DNA from: Podarcis tiliguerta
Taxonomy: Eukaryota
Assembly (NCBI GenBank): GCA_965153285.1
Contig: OZ229111.1
Reading direction: 5' to 3' (one strand)
Length of the DNA stretch: 64,000 nucleotides
Part shown: in pieces, positions 37,701-51,152 of the stretch
Numbering within the stretch: the first letter of the stretch is position 1
Layout: each line of letters begins with the position of its first letter
Notes under the pieces: generated by a model
What the model was told of the DNA's origin: nothing
What the model saw: only the letters and a program-made list of their open reading frames with translations
The model's database searches: none
Program-made: the position numbers and the translations under genes

Positions 37701-40700
37701 ACTTTGGTTAATTGCCAGGGGAGAAAGAAAGGCTTTTCTTATCGACGTGAGAAGCCATTGCAACATACACTTTCAATGCAGTAACTCAGACACTTAATAG
37801 GTAAGAAACAGAGATTCCAAAAGAGGCAGTGAGAGGCAGCTCTGGAGCAATAGCTTAGCCCCTCTTCTACATGCTCCTAGCTCTTCATTTATAAAGGAAC
37901 AACTTAGGTTTTCTATAGTTCACTATAATTGCCTGCATTCATAATGAGAGATTGTGCAGTCATTCTTCTATCAGCCAGACAGGTAGAGGAATTCCTGATT
38001 TGGATGAGAGGCCAGGCCAGCATTCTATGGCAGCCTTCCCTAAACAGGTGCTCTCCATGTTTTGGACTACAATTCCCATAATCCCTGACCACTGGCCAGG
38101 GCTCATGCCATGGGAGCTGCAGCTCAAAACATACAGATGGCAGCAGGTTGGTCCATCTAGCTCAGAAGTGTCCACACCATGAGCAAGGAGCCTTTTTAAG
38201 GTCAAAGGCTGTATAGCCAGCCTTTGGGTGATCTTGTGGGGCTGCATTCCAAAGCCAAATGTTGGCAGAGCTAAAGCCAAACCTACTTTTGATCAGCCAT
38301 ACTCAGTCACGTAGATCTCCCTCCTGAGCCATCTCCACTCCATGCTTCTCTCTCTTCCCTTGTATAGGAATTTGGCTTATAAAAAGATCCAATTTGTGTT
38401 CATGGGACTTTTTCTTCCTAATGGTCACACAAGGGGGCAAATGCCATAAATGGGCAAGGCAGAATGAGCCATTCTTACCAACTCCTCAAATATCACACAC
38501 CCCTATGTGGTCACAAAGACTTTGCTGGAAACATCTGCATTGCAGGCTGCTGGTTCTTCACCATGATCTAGGCTGACTGAGAGGAGGTTCTCCAAGGCTG
38601 CAAACAAGGGTCCTTCCCAGCCCTCATTGGAGATGCCCAAGCATGCAAATCTTGTGGTCTACCACCAAACTGAGATCCTTCTCTAAAACTAGAGGAAGAT
38701 TGCACAGGCCAGTATTCTTCTCTTCAAGAAAGTAACTCCTCCCTTTTTGCCACATACATCAGCACACTTCGTGCTCGTGTCACACTGGCGTGATTCATCC
38801 GCTGCTTCAATACACTGCTCCCAAGGACCTGCCAGGTTGTTCCACAACACACACATGTGCTCCTTCCTTGTTTATGTGCACACAGCTGTGGTGTTGTCTG
38901 TAATTATAACCAGAGTTTTCTCCAGGGGGAGTTAAAGACATGTAACGCCAGATGGCTGATACGTATTTTCCTGAGATGCCTCATCTCCAGCGGCCTTGGC
39001 TCCTCATGGTGCATCAGCCCGGCCACCCTAAGGTGGCGGCAGCACTGGCAAGACAGATTAATAGTGCTTTTCTGAAACTGCACTTCTTGATTGTATTGAC
39101 AGACATGTTCACTGGGAATAGGCTCTACAAATCAATTGGCAAACTGCAAGAAGAGGAACCCAATACTCTGCCCCTGCCATCAGTGAAGTCAGCCTTCTCC
39201 TATGCCTTATCACATAATCCCAATGTCAGAGCTGCAAGGAGGCATGGTACAAATTGTACAATCTAGGCAACCACTCTCTAGTTAACAAGGACAGAGGAGC
39301 CCCATGTCCAGCAAGCTGGGGTTTGCAGAGTTCAGTAATCCAGAGAAAAACAACTGCCTGCTCACGACATCCTGGCACCATCCCCAGCAGCAGCTGCCTG
39401 GCTCCTCCAAGCCTCCAGCACACCCACCCTCAGATCCCTCCAGCATTCCACTATCCTCCAAGTGCAAATTAGCACATTATGGGCTGCGGCTGTGCCAGGT
39501 TTAAGATCAGAAAAGGCTGTAATCTTGGCGGCAGACTGCCCTTAGACATTGGGCTGAGCTTGAACATATGGCACAATTAAAGAGCCACGCGACAGACAAT
39601 AGCTGGCAAGGCTAACCTTGAACACCAACTTTGAGAACCGACATGCTGCCTGTAGGAAAGACCAGGATGCAGACCTACCAATGGGACCTCTCTATATCCT
39701 GCCTCCTTGCGTTTTATGATGCTAGGGCGGGCTTGCACAGGAGCTGTGGTCTCCAAACTTCCCCACTGGCTTTCACATGGGGACAGACATGAGAATGAGT
39801 TTTTCTCTGCTGCAGCAGCTCTTGCTTTGCATTCCCTTCCTGAGGAGTACACTTGGCCGCAGAGAAGAGGTGCTCTCAGTTAAGAAGCAAAGGGCAAAGG
39901 ATTTACACAGACTGTTCTCCTATCCATAATTTACAAGCAACAGTTTCTAACACATACACACACAAAATAGGGAAAAACAACATTCACTCAGGTCCAATTC
40001 CACTGCTTCATGCAGCCAGCATGAGGTTATACACAGACCCTACATGGGCCTCCTCAACTGCTGAGAGTCTGCTTACAGCTCCCTACGGCGGAGCTGGGAA
40101 TGCAAAGACAGAAGCAGTACACATAAAATGCTCGGTTGTTCTATCTGGTCTGGCAGGGACATGTGTTTGGCCAGAAGCTGGGTACTATCCCCAGATGTTC
40201 CTGGCCCTGTTCTTTGTAGGTTTCCTGCCTCAGCCCTTTCAGCTCCATTGTGGGGACATTCCAAGGAATGAAACAACCCTAACTGGGCGACAAAGCCTCA
40301 TAGTATTCTTGGCTGGCCCCTGCCTTTAGACTTGGCTAGGTGTCCAGACGCCAACAACTTTTTCATCACCTTCATTCTGAAGAGCAATGAGAGCCACTGA
40401 AATAGCTAATCTGAAAGGGGTGGGGACACACACACAGCAATTCAGAGGAGCCCATCAATGTAGACCGTGCATCAAACAACCAGCTAAAATACAGATGAAA
40501 AGGAACAGAAAAGCAGTAGGACCAAAGTACACACACAGAACGAGGGCATGGAGAGAAAGTATTGCTTTCCCAAGACTAAGACTGTTCACCCTGAACCCCA
40601 ATTTTATTCGCCTAGGGACAATTCTAGCAGTGCCCCCCCATCATATTTCTGTTATAGTGGGAGGACTGCAGTCATTGGCCTTTACCAAAAAGACCAACTA

Positions 40701-43349
40701 GAAAGATAAAGAGCAAGGGAAGTGCTGCTCCAGGAGATTCTTTCATTGCTCCAACATAAAGGGTCAATGTCTAAACAAATATGTGATGTGAGATTGATGA
40801 AAGTGTTTAAGGATGGAACCTGGCAGTTAGCAGGCAATAGCTCAAATCGGTTTACGGCATGAGTGGAAAGAACACTTGTGGAATTCTGGGAAAGAGACCT
40901 CTGCTTCAGGGTGGGCCCATGAGGACCGTATAGTCCCACATATTGGTAAAGAAATGAAAAATTCCACAATGTAGACCAAGCCATAACCAAGGGTCCAGCT
41001 AACACATTGACTACATCAAGAATTGGCACCTGGATAATTTTTTTAATGGCCATTTTATTTTTACATCAAAATGCTAGTCAGTGGCCTGTTTATTTCTCTT
41101 ACAACATTAAATTCAAAACAAGTAGATCCCAGAAGTATTAGGGGGAACGTTATAAAGATGTCAGGATATGAAATTTTGCTGGAGCTTATTCATACTATTA
41201 GGCCATCTTGACAGTAACTTTGCTGCCGATTTATTATCTGCAGCAAAAATACTTTGGTGTTATTATTGTAAAATATATATTTTCCGGACACGTGGCTGGT
41301 TGTCAAAGAGTTTATGCCCTAACTCATACAGTTATGTGAAGGCAGACAACAAAATGAGTTCAAATGGTAACTGATATCTCTCTCCGAAGAAGTATAGGTA
41401 GCAATGCTGTACTGAAGAAAAATTCCAAAATCCTTATTAAGGCAATACCTTTATTAGGCCAAGCAAAGTATCACAAGATAGCAGTCAAATTTTCTAGTTC
41501 TCCATAAACTCTTCATCTAAACAGTCAACAAAGCAAGAAAGAAGAGGAAAATAAAATGTCACTGTCCTAAGGCAGACTGAGACGAGGGGCTAACAGGCAT
41601 TCAAATGAAGCTCTTTTAGGGACTATGCAAGTATCGGCTTGCACCAAGACTTACTGGGAAGAACCGGTTTGTTCGCTATGGTTCCAAGTTGTTGGAACCA
41701 AGTTGCTGTCTCACTGGCAAATCCCAAAAGCAAAAGCCCTGCTTCTGGAACCAATGAATCATTCCACAGCTCAGCTCTCCTAACCTGTGAAATACCTGTG
41801 CAGGTTAAAAAGCAACATTGGTTGCTTGCAAAATGATCCAGTGTCTAGGCAATAAATGGAGCCCCATTTTGGGATGACTTGGTGGTTCCAAAAATTAACA
41901 GGAAAAAATGTTCTACTGGAAAAGTGCTAATTCTGTTTCTCTCAATCTCTGTGTTTCTTCTCCTCACCCCCCCGCTGGCCAGCCAGCTTAGCAAAGAACA
42001 TCATTCACATCCAAGTATTGCATGATGGGGAGGAGGGAATCAGTGCGACCATTCCTGAAGCACTAACAAATATTAATCCAGCAGAGGAGATGAAAGTGAA
42101 GAACAAACACACACACAACAGCCACAGCCAAGGAAGGAATAACTTGGAAAGTGGAAAATCATCCTTCCCAGAACTGTCTGGTGAGTCACTCAAGGAGGAA
42201 GAAACTTGCAGTGGCAGAGGCAGACTGAAATGATGGATAAGCTGTGCTGCAAACACAGCAGGGGTTGCAATGCATTTAGAAACTGGAACTGCTCGTGACT
42301 TATTCTGGGTAACACGAAGAAGCATTAAGCATAGCGGATGCACCGCAGACACAGAACTCCAAGGTGCGGTTATTACCCAGCAACGTGATCTTAGGCTCTC
42401 TCTGCTAAGTAGAACACTACAGGCGCAGGGAGGTTACTTAGTATCAGGATTCAAAGACATCCTGTATGGCATCCAGCCTAATGCACCAGCCACAGAGGAA
42501 TATAATGACAGCATAAGGCTCTGACCAAAAGGGAGCTGGATCCTACCCAGAACACAGTTGTCAAGAGCAGGAGTCTTCACCATGCAGGAGATAAAATGAA
42601 AAACTGAGCTTTGTGTATTCGACATGGAGCTTCCTGCCCACCTTCTCTCAAGGGTCAGGGAAGTCCAGCCCCAAGTTTTGCTCCACAAACCTCTCACTTC
42701 CTCAGTTCTCCTCTGGGTCACTTAAGACTATCCTGCTTCTCCCTCCCCATCATGGATAACCTTCCCATTTTATACTGACTAAGTGCAGGATCCCTCCTCT
42801 AGAGACCTAGCAAAGCTTCTGGATAGAGAAGGGAAACCCACCCCACTCTGCGCTCACTTGAGCCAACAATGAGAAAAATTGCTGCTCCATTCAGATACCA
42901 GTTCTGCTCTCCCAAAGCTAGATATTCCACCTTACTAAATGGCAAGGGCCACTCTCTCTGCCTGCCTAGGAAGAGGATGTGTAAAAAGAGTTTCTTCCAC
43001 CCAGCAGAGATTTGGCTCAGGGTAGAGAATGCTATTGAGCTGGTGCCACCCTGACCTCTGCTGGCGAGAGAAGACTGCAGCACCACAATTTCAAACGAGG
43101 GCTGCCTCTGCAGGGGTTTTCTCCCAATACCGAAGTTACTTGTGTGCAGTATATATTTTGTTAATGCATGTGAGAGAGATTTGAAACTAAATGTATATCC
43201 AGGTTTTGCCAGCACATTCCAAATCCCAGAACTGCACATGTGAAAACTCCGTCAGCCACAATGTAAATTATATGGTGCAGGTGCTTAACGAAGCTCCTGT
43301 GCCACATTTGTGCAAGTTTGTAAGATTCCTGAAAACTGCAGATATCCAT

Positions 43350-43940
43350 TATTAGGAAGCTGCTATGCTCTGGTGACCAACTGCTTGACTACTGCAATAA
43401 GTTCTTTGTAGGGCAGCCCCTGAAGATGATCTGGAGGCTGCAGCTCATGCAGTATGTGGCTCTTGGGTTGGTAAGTGGGGTAGCCTGATGGGACGATGGG
43501 GCTGTGTGTGAACTACCAGGTCTAACATACTAGCATTCAAAACCCTAAACAGCTTGGGACCAAAGTACCTAAAAAAGCACCTTCAATTACCAACCATATT
43601 GAGACTACGACTGACAGTGTCACCAGTGGGGACTGGCAGAGACTCGTAATGGGGCCTTCTCAGTGGTGGTTCCTCATTTGTGGAATGCCCTCCCTAGGAA
43701 GGTGCAGCTGCCTCCTTCATTATTAATTTTCAGAAGGAATTTTAGAAACGTTCCTTTTTACGCAGGCATTTTATGACTAAAAGATAGTGTTAACCCTGAA
43801 ATGATGAGCTGCGAGAGTAGGTGATTGTTTTAAACTATTTTTTTAGAAACTATTAACTGTATTGTTTAACTACTGACACATTTGCCACCCTGGGTTCCTT
43901 TGGGAGGGAGGTGAAGATATAAGCCTAATAAATAATAATA
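43350..43940 (+). mobile_element. Decayed L2 LINE 3' fragment
   Basis: ttgactactgcaat...gggcagcccctgaaga...ctgcagct (LDYCN...GLP...LQ motif of L2 ORF2), gggccttctcagtggtgg..cctcatttgtggaatgccctcc, and an (aat)n tail. Confidence 0.7.
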
Positions 43941-44394
43941 CAGTCGGAAGAGATATTTGAAAACAGTAGTTGCTCAAGATAAATAAAGATGAAAGGAGGC
44001 AAGTAACATGAAGCCCAAACTTACTCATTTTCTGAAGAACTTTACTGAAAAGTATCCCATGTTTTGTTTTGTTAATACAAAATCAGTGCACAGAACTAGT
44101 GCAATTTATGTCTCAGCTGTGGCTTGAACCTTCGCCGTGCTCGTGAAACCAATGTGCAAATTAGGTCAATTACAAACAACTGCCTGGGCATGAGGCCACA
44201 GCTAATTTGAATAAGAGTCCTTTCTACAAAAATAGTATGCCCAGTCTGCTGAAGACCGTGCAAGTCTGGTGCTGTAGCACCAGCGACATCTGTTGGCTGT
44301 GTTACAGCACAACTGTCAACCAGTGCCATAAACTTATTTATCATATTTCACGATATGAAATTTGGCTGTCATGCATGTCTCTGGTATGGGAAAA

Positions 44395-45635
44395 CCAAAA
44401 TATATAAAAGTTTCATGAACCATGTCATTGGGAGAAATTTGTATAGAGTCTGGGAGAAATGTAAAAAAATGTTTGGAAAGCAAAAACACCCTTATGGTTA
44501 TTGCTAACCGAAGCAATTACAATTAAGACAATAAATATAGATAGACGGTGGAAATCCTTTTGAGACTTGTTGGACTTTTCAGGGTGAAAACTCAGATTGA
44601 AACCAATGGAAGAAGTAAGGGGCCAAGTTGCTGATTGGGTTACAGTATCATCAAATAAACAATATGTTTAAATTAGATAAGAAAAATAGCTTTTTGGACC
44701 AAAGCTCACAATTTGAAAGAGAGTTATTGACGAATAAGGAAAAACTACTGTCTAAAATATAAATTATTATTGGAGTGGGAAACAAAAAACAAGGTGGTTA
44801 AAGTGTCAATGACCCATTGGGCAATGGATATAGGGTACAATATAAAACGAAACCTCTGGGAGAAACTTTGGAAGAATGATATGAAATTTACTGCATGCTA
44901 CACACTGAAAGAGAACTATATGAAAATGATCCATAGATGGTATTTAACTCTGAGTAGATTGGCTAAGATGTATAATGCAGAATCTGATTTGTGTTGGAAA
45001 TGTAAAGAAAGAGAAGGAACTTTTTCCCCCTATGTGGTGGGCATGCAAAAAAGTTAAAAGTATATTGGGAAATGATATATAATGAGATGAAAAAAATGTT
45101 CAAAACAACTCCCCCCACCCCCCAAAACAGAAGCATTTCTCTTAGGAATTGTTCAGACAGAGGTTTCCAAGAGTCAGAAAAGAATTATTTACCGTATATA
45201 TGTAACAACAGTGGCTTGGATTTTGCTCGCCCAAAAATGGAAAGTGAGGGAAGTCCTTAGCAAGGAGGACTAGCAACTTATGATAGAATATGCAATTAGC
45301 AGGTCTAATAAGTAGAATAAGGGAGCAAGAAGAACAGGTATTTAAAGAGGAGTGGGAATTTTTTTGTTGAGTATATTGAAAACAATTGTGCACAGTTGAA
45401 AACACTGGAAGTATTACAGTAAATTCAACAGTATAATATATATTGAAATAATGTAAGATAGGAAAATAGAATTAGATGGATAGATCAAAATATGCAGGAA
45501 TGGTGGCTAAGTTAAATGACCCTTGGAAGGGGGGAGAGAGAGAGAGAGAAGTCAATGAATGTATGGTATAATAAAAGATGTTTAATTTGAAATGTAAAAT
45601 TTGAAAATTTAATAAAAAATATATTAAATAAATAA
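44395..45635 (+). mobile_element. L1-clade LINE 3' fragment (ORF2 C-terminus with frameshifts, plus 3'UTR)
   Basis: ORF 44770-45057 (...WAMDIGYNI...LWEKLWK...LKENYMKMIHRWYLT...CWKCKEREGTF) carries the CWKC zinc-knuckle region of L1/Tx1 ORF2. A-rich strand with AATAAA and A-rich tail near 45610-45635. Confidence 0.88.
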
Positions 45636-45809
45636 ACTTATTTTCTGGGCTGTATGAACTCACAGCACTTGAAAAATAATTCTGCATGCACACAATTTAA
45701 ATTCTTTGGTCAGAAAAATGGGCTGTATAAATAATGCAATCTTGCACAATGTATTCTGGATTTGATAGTCATTTGGAGTGGCAGGGGATGGGGAGGGGAG
45801 GAAGAGAGA

Positions 45810-45853
45810 AGAGGAGGAGGAGGAGGAGGAGGAGGAGGAGGAGGAGGAGGAGG
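45810..45853. repeat. (GAG)n trinucleotide microsatellite
   Basis: Read directly; it explains the poly-R ORF at 45734-46084. Confidence 0.95.
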
Positions 45854-47359
45854 AAGGGCATCAAAGTCCTCTCTAGCTACTCAAAATCTTATTCTGCCAC
45901 CTATCTTGATTTAGATTTCAGCAGCTGTTATCCACACATTATTGAGAATAGCCACCCATCCATAAGAAATAGAAAATTGCTTATATCCCTTTTTTCTTTT
46001 AAAAAGGTCCTCAGGAAGTTGAAGACAGACATAGAGGACACCTTCAAAAATAGCACACACTGCAAGAGGGCAAACTTCCCTTAACTCTAAGCTCAGGTGA
46101 GTCTGCTGCCAACTGAAACAGAGCCCAGCCTCTTCTCCGCTAATTCTTTGACACAAACAAACTGCATTTTGAATTAGAAGAAAGGTTCTGTGTTTCCCTG
46201 AGCTAGGTTCATACACATCATGGAAACTTCTCTGTGTGTCTGTATTGTCTTGCATGTCATGAGCAAAATGTGAACCATGTTTTGCTCAAAGTTCGGTTTA
46301 GAAGCTAACAGGAAACCAGCCTGCTGCAAGTAGAGAATTCAAACACACCCTTTGTCAACCTTCTCCTATTACACCAGGTGGTTGCCAAGTATTAAAACAC
46401 TTCTTCCTTAGAGGAAGAGTCTATAAACCTGCCTATAAAAGGTGCACAGCAACCAGAGGTTCTTTTAGACGTGTGCATCGTAGAAACTTAGATCCTGTTT
46501 CCTACTCCAATGTGTGAGTTCCTGAAGAAAGTGTTTGGAATGTATGCCACTGAAAGAATCATTGATTGCCACAGGGAAAGCCAAAAGACAAGTCTGTGTC
46601 ATTAGCCAAAGTGTACAAATGTTATTCATGCTGTGCTCTTGAAAACGAAGTCAGATATACCCTTACTTTTGGCTGGGAATTTGATAGGGAAATTGGCTTA
46701 AAAGCTCCAGTACAAAGGTAATCAAATTCTTTTTAACTTGATGCAATACCGAGGGCAAAACCAGATATTAGCTTGCACCTTCATTTTCTATGCCTTGCAC
46801 CTTCATTTTCTATCTGCACCTGCCACCTTATTGTAAAGTAAGACATCAACAGGTTAGCTGAAGTACCCTTGACATTTTGCTTGAGCACTGCACGCATGGA
46901 AGATTACATGCAACAGTCTGTGGGATGGTGATGCCCATGGCTGGCATACAGAGGGTTGGTGAAGAGGGAATGTTGCAGCCCTTGAGCGAAAAAAAGATGT
47001 CGCGCCCCAGGTTATTATAACTGAGAGGCAGTCTAAGAAATTGCAGTCCTCAAGCAAGGGAAGGAACAGATTTTCCTCCAGCAATTATGGAGTCCCTAGT
47101 TTTACCTCCCCTTTAACCAGTGGATTGGCTTGTAATGGAAACATGCCCCTGGGACTAACTGAATCTCCTTTCAGTGACCAGAAGAGCAGAGTCTAAAAGA
47201 GGGCAAAAGCCACCTCAATTACCTCTAGTCTTGTGAAAATAAAGTTCAGCTACAGTTGCTTTGAGAAACGGCACGCTGCCAACTCCCCATTTCTTGAATG
47301 ATGTATTTTTATCTCCCCCCCCCCACTTCCCAGCAATTCAGAGTGTACAGAATACTTAC

Positions 47360-47540
47360 CAAAAGCCTTCCGGGGCTCAGTAAGCTTCAGTGTGAAAGTG
47401 CGGCCTTTGGGCAGGTCCTTGAGCATTTTGGCGACCTCATAATGCCGGCAGCCGATAAGACTCTGTCCATTGATAGACTCGATCATGTCCCCCACATTGA
47501 TGACTTGGATCCGGTCAATAACACTCCCTTCCTTGATTCT
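47360..47540 (-). CDS. GIPC1: GIPC1 coding exon 3 (PDZ domain), 181 nt
   Basis: [60 protein letters not shown]. Acceptor GGCAG|AGA, donor TTG|GTAAGT, phase 0/1. Confidence 0.98.
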
Positions 47541-47589
47541 CTGCCAACAACAGATGGGAACAGTCAAGATGCAAATATAGACCCAGTGT

Positions 47590-47833
47590 GAGAGAAAGTG
47601 TGGTGTAGTGGTTAAGACTCATAATCTGGTGAACCGGGTTCACGTCTCTGTTCCTCCACATGCAGCTGCTGGGTGACCTTGGGCTAGTCACACTTCTTTG
47701 AAGTCTCTCAGCCCCACTCACCTCACAGAGTGTTTGTTGTGGGGGAGGAAGGGAAAGGAGAATGTTAGCCGCTTTGAGACTCCTTCAGGTAGTGGTAAAG
47801 CGGGATATCAAATCCAAACTCTTCTTCTCTTCC
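47590..47833 (+). mobile_element. tRNA-derived SINE, Squam3-like
   Basis: A box tggtgtagtggtt, B-box-like gggttcacgtct, CORE-like gggtgaccttgggctagtcac...ctcagccccactcacctcacag, and a (ctt)n tail. Confidence 0.85.
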
Positions 47834-50817
47834 TCAACCATTTCCTGACACTTCCCACCTCAAGAAGACATTGTGTCCAGAAATCAAGTGACAAACTATT
47901 CGGCAACAGAGGCAGGCTCTAATTCTAAGCTGACCTAGGCTCACTCATCCATTCTAGCTTCACAACCATACCTTTATGATGGACAACTGTCAGTATTTCT
48001 ACAGGGAAGGAAGCAAGTTGGTGAGAGAGAGGAAGAGTGAAGCTCATAATAAAGCAAGCCAATAGAAGAATCATTTTCATTGATGTTGTTTTTTTTAACA
48101 CCTGGTTATGACCAGACAACTAGTGTGCCAAGACCAATTCCTTGGTGAGTATTTTCCCACATGTATCACGTGCATTTTAAGAATGTAGGAAAATCTCCAC
48201 TGTCAGGCCTCCGAGTAGAGACGACCATGTACCTCTGAGGAGTAAGAAGCCCAACGTTGTGTTTAGCATGTTTTAACTCCCCTGTCTCACGACCTTTCAG
48301 CCTTGGGATCCACCACAGCCTTAAACTACGTACATACAATGCTCACCCTGCTCCATTCTGCTCCAGTGCTGAGCCTGCAGCTTTTTTTCCTGAGGATTGT
48401 GACTCATAATTACACTTATATATTTAATTGACTCATGGTGGATGCAAACAGTAGCCTAACCAGTCTGGCATCCTGTTTCCAGCAGAAGCAATTGTCAAAT
48501 ACCTTGGAAAGAGCTATAACCCCACCTCACCAAGCAAAGTTATACTTCTGGAAGCAGTTTAGAAAAAGGAATGGTGCTTCTGGATCACCAAATAACCCAC
48601 ACATCAAGTCCAAGGAATAAGAGCCTTCTTCACACAAACCTGCAGGTAATAAGCACCCTGAGTCTATCTCTTCCCTGATCCATGGTTCCTAGACAGACTG
48701 CCTGTATTACACTGCAACAGGGTGGCAGCATTCCTTCCCTTGCAGGTTTTGCCCTGCAAGAGTGGAGAATGCCCAGAACTACAAACCGAGTGTGAGACGT
48801 TGCCTGTGCATGTTTGTACTGCATGTGGAAAGGTGCAGCAGAATCACTCTGGATTAAGCATGGAGAGGGGTTGCACGTGATTTATGATACAAGGAACCTA
48901 TCAGGAAGTGTAGCCTCCCGAAGAGAAGTAGAAAAGGGGGAGGAGACCAGAATAAGGGAGAGTATTGCTAAGGAGAACAGACTTCGACTGCTTCTGAAAC
49001 CGAAGCAGGCCAGTACTGGCACGGAGAGGTTCTGAATACTGTTTCACAGGGTATTTAGGTAATGGTGAACCAATTTCTGTTTTAAAGCTGCTTAAAGAAC
49101 TACAACAGCAAACCTTCACATTAAAAACAAACACTGCAGTGTTGTGCTGTTTTTAAAAGGGCAGGGACTCCCTCAGATCATCCTGTGATAATACACAGTC
49201 ACTTCCTCCAGGACTGAGAAGCTGATGAACCCTGGGTGGAGACAGCAACTGTTTATTAACTACATAGCAGGTATTGTGGCAGCTCTGCCCAATGCCACGT
49301 GAATATTTCCTTCTCTATCCAAAGATACCAAACTGCCACTAATCTTACAGCTCCTTTACACCTCCTTGAGAAAGCACAGGTTGTGATGCTCCCAGGAAGT
49401 TCCAACCGCTCCAAGAGAAAACACCCATCTCAAGCAGAACCACAACTTATTTTCCGCAAGAAAGCAGGAACAGGGCCATGTGGCAGGTGGTCTAAACTTA
49501 TCTACTCCAGGAGCGAATGAGAGTTGCAATCTCATGCTCTTGCACATGCTCAGAACTGTGAAAGTAGAGCAGGCTCCAGTATTTTCCAGAATGTAACTAG
49601 CTAATCCCTAGTTTATGAACCAACCGTACGAAGGGAACATAAGCAAGGGTACAAAGAGGATTGAGGCTCTTGCATCAGAGGTATAGCTCTGTTCCAAGTG
49701 TCTAGGAACATATAACTTGAAAAGTGGAATCCAATATTCCTGCAGAATCTGAAGAATCACACACACACAAAAACAACACCAACACCACATGCACTTTTAA
49801 AGAAGGAAGAACAGAATAACTATTCTACTGGTAGTTAGAAAATGGAGTGGGGTTGGGTTAGTGTAGTCATATGGACAAGCTTCTGTACGCAGTAGTACAG
49901 GGGAAAATTTGTGGACTATTTGAAAAATCTAAGTATGCAAGTAAGTTCATTTGTAGGATTAACTTAAAACAAGCAGTTAAAATATTATTGAGAGAAACAG
50001 AAGATTATCTTTAAAATGGAGTACAGTAAAGTAGAAAATGCAATGTAAAAAACTAAAATTAAGAAACCACAAAAGGGGAGGGTCAAATATGTAATTGTAT
50101 TGGATGCATGTGTTTGTAGTGTGTCTGTTTGTAAATTTTTGAAAACTGAAAAAGTTTGTTTAAAAAAGTAACACCAAACTAAGGTTTACAAACCAAACCA
50201 ACTGTAGCTTCACCTAGCTCACGGTACGTTGGCAGTAAATGAACTACTGTTTAGCCACTGAGCAGGATTCACACATAATGCTAATACATGCTTTATAAAC
50301 CATAAGCATTATGTGCTAACTTGTCCACTATGTAAATAAGTACATTAATTCAGTTAGATTGAACATATTTCCACATAGCAGAATTTATGGTTTCTTATCA
50401 TATTACTCAAATAATTTTAGCACAGACTTTAAAGAGAGTAAGAACACGAATGCTGGACAAGAGCAAAGATTTAGCTAGTGCAACTTCTTTTCCCACTATA
50501 AAAGCAATAAACCTCTGTTAGCTCCATCAACTGATATTCAGGGATACACTGCCTCAGTAACTGGAGGTTCCATTTTGCTATTGTGGCTAATAGACTTGGG
50601 TTGTCCTATCTCATCTTAAAGCCATCCAAGTCAGTGGCCATCAGCCTATCTTGTGACAGCAAACTGAATGAATGATCTGTATCATTTTCTTCTGTCTCAC
50701 TTGAATCTACTTCCAATTAATTTAACTGGGTGCCCCAAAGCATCTATAAAAGAAATTCTTATCTGCTTCCTCAAACTTTTATATAACTAAAAATCTCAGT
50801 ATCATATCCTCCTTAGC

Positions 50818-51152
50818 TAAAGGTAAAGGTACCCCTGACCGTTAGGTCCAGTCGTGAACGACTCTGGGGTTGCGCGCTCATCTCACTCTATAGGCTGAGG
50901 GAGCCGCCGTTTGTCCGCAGACAGCTTCCGGGTCATGTAAACAGCACGACTAAGACGCTTCTGATGAACCAGAGCAGCGCACAGAAACGCCGTTTACCTT
51001 CCCGCTGTAGTGGTACCTATTTATCTACTTGCACTTTGACGTGCTTTCGAACTGCTAGGTGGGCAGGAGCTGGGACCATACAATGGGAGCTCACTCCGTC
51101 GTGGGGATTCAAAACACCGACCTTCTGATCGGCAAGCCCTACGCTCTGTGGT
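50818..51152 (-). mobile_element. Sauria SINE (slightly 5'-truncated)
   Basis: taaaggtaaaggt is the reverse (ACCTTT)n tail. Body cgtttaccttcccgc...ggtacctatttatctacttgcactttgacgtgctttcgaactgctagg is characteristic of Sauria SINE. Confidence 0.93.

Noticed and set aside
46770-46815. Tandem duplication of about 22 bp (cttgcaccttcattttctat)
   Set aside because: Simple slippage duplication in an intron with no further structure.
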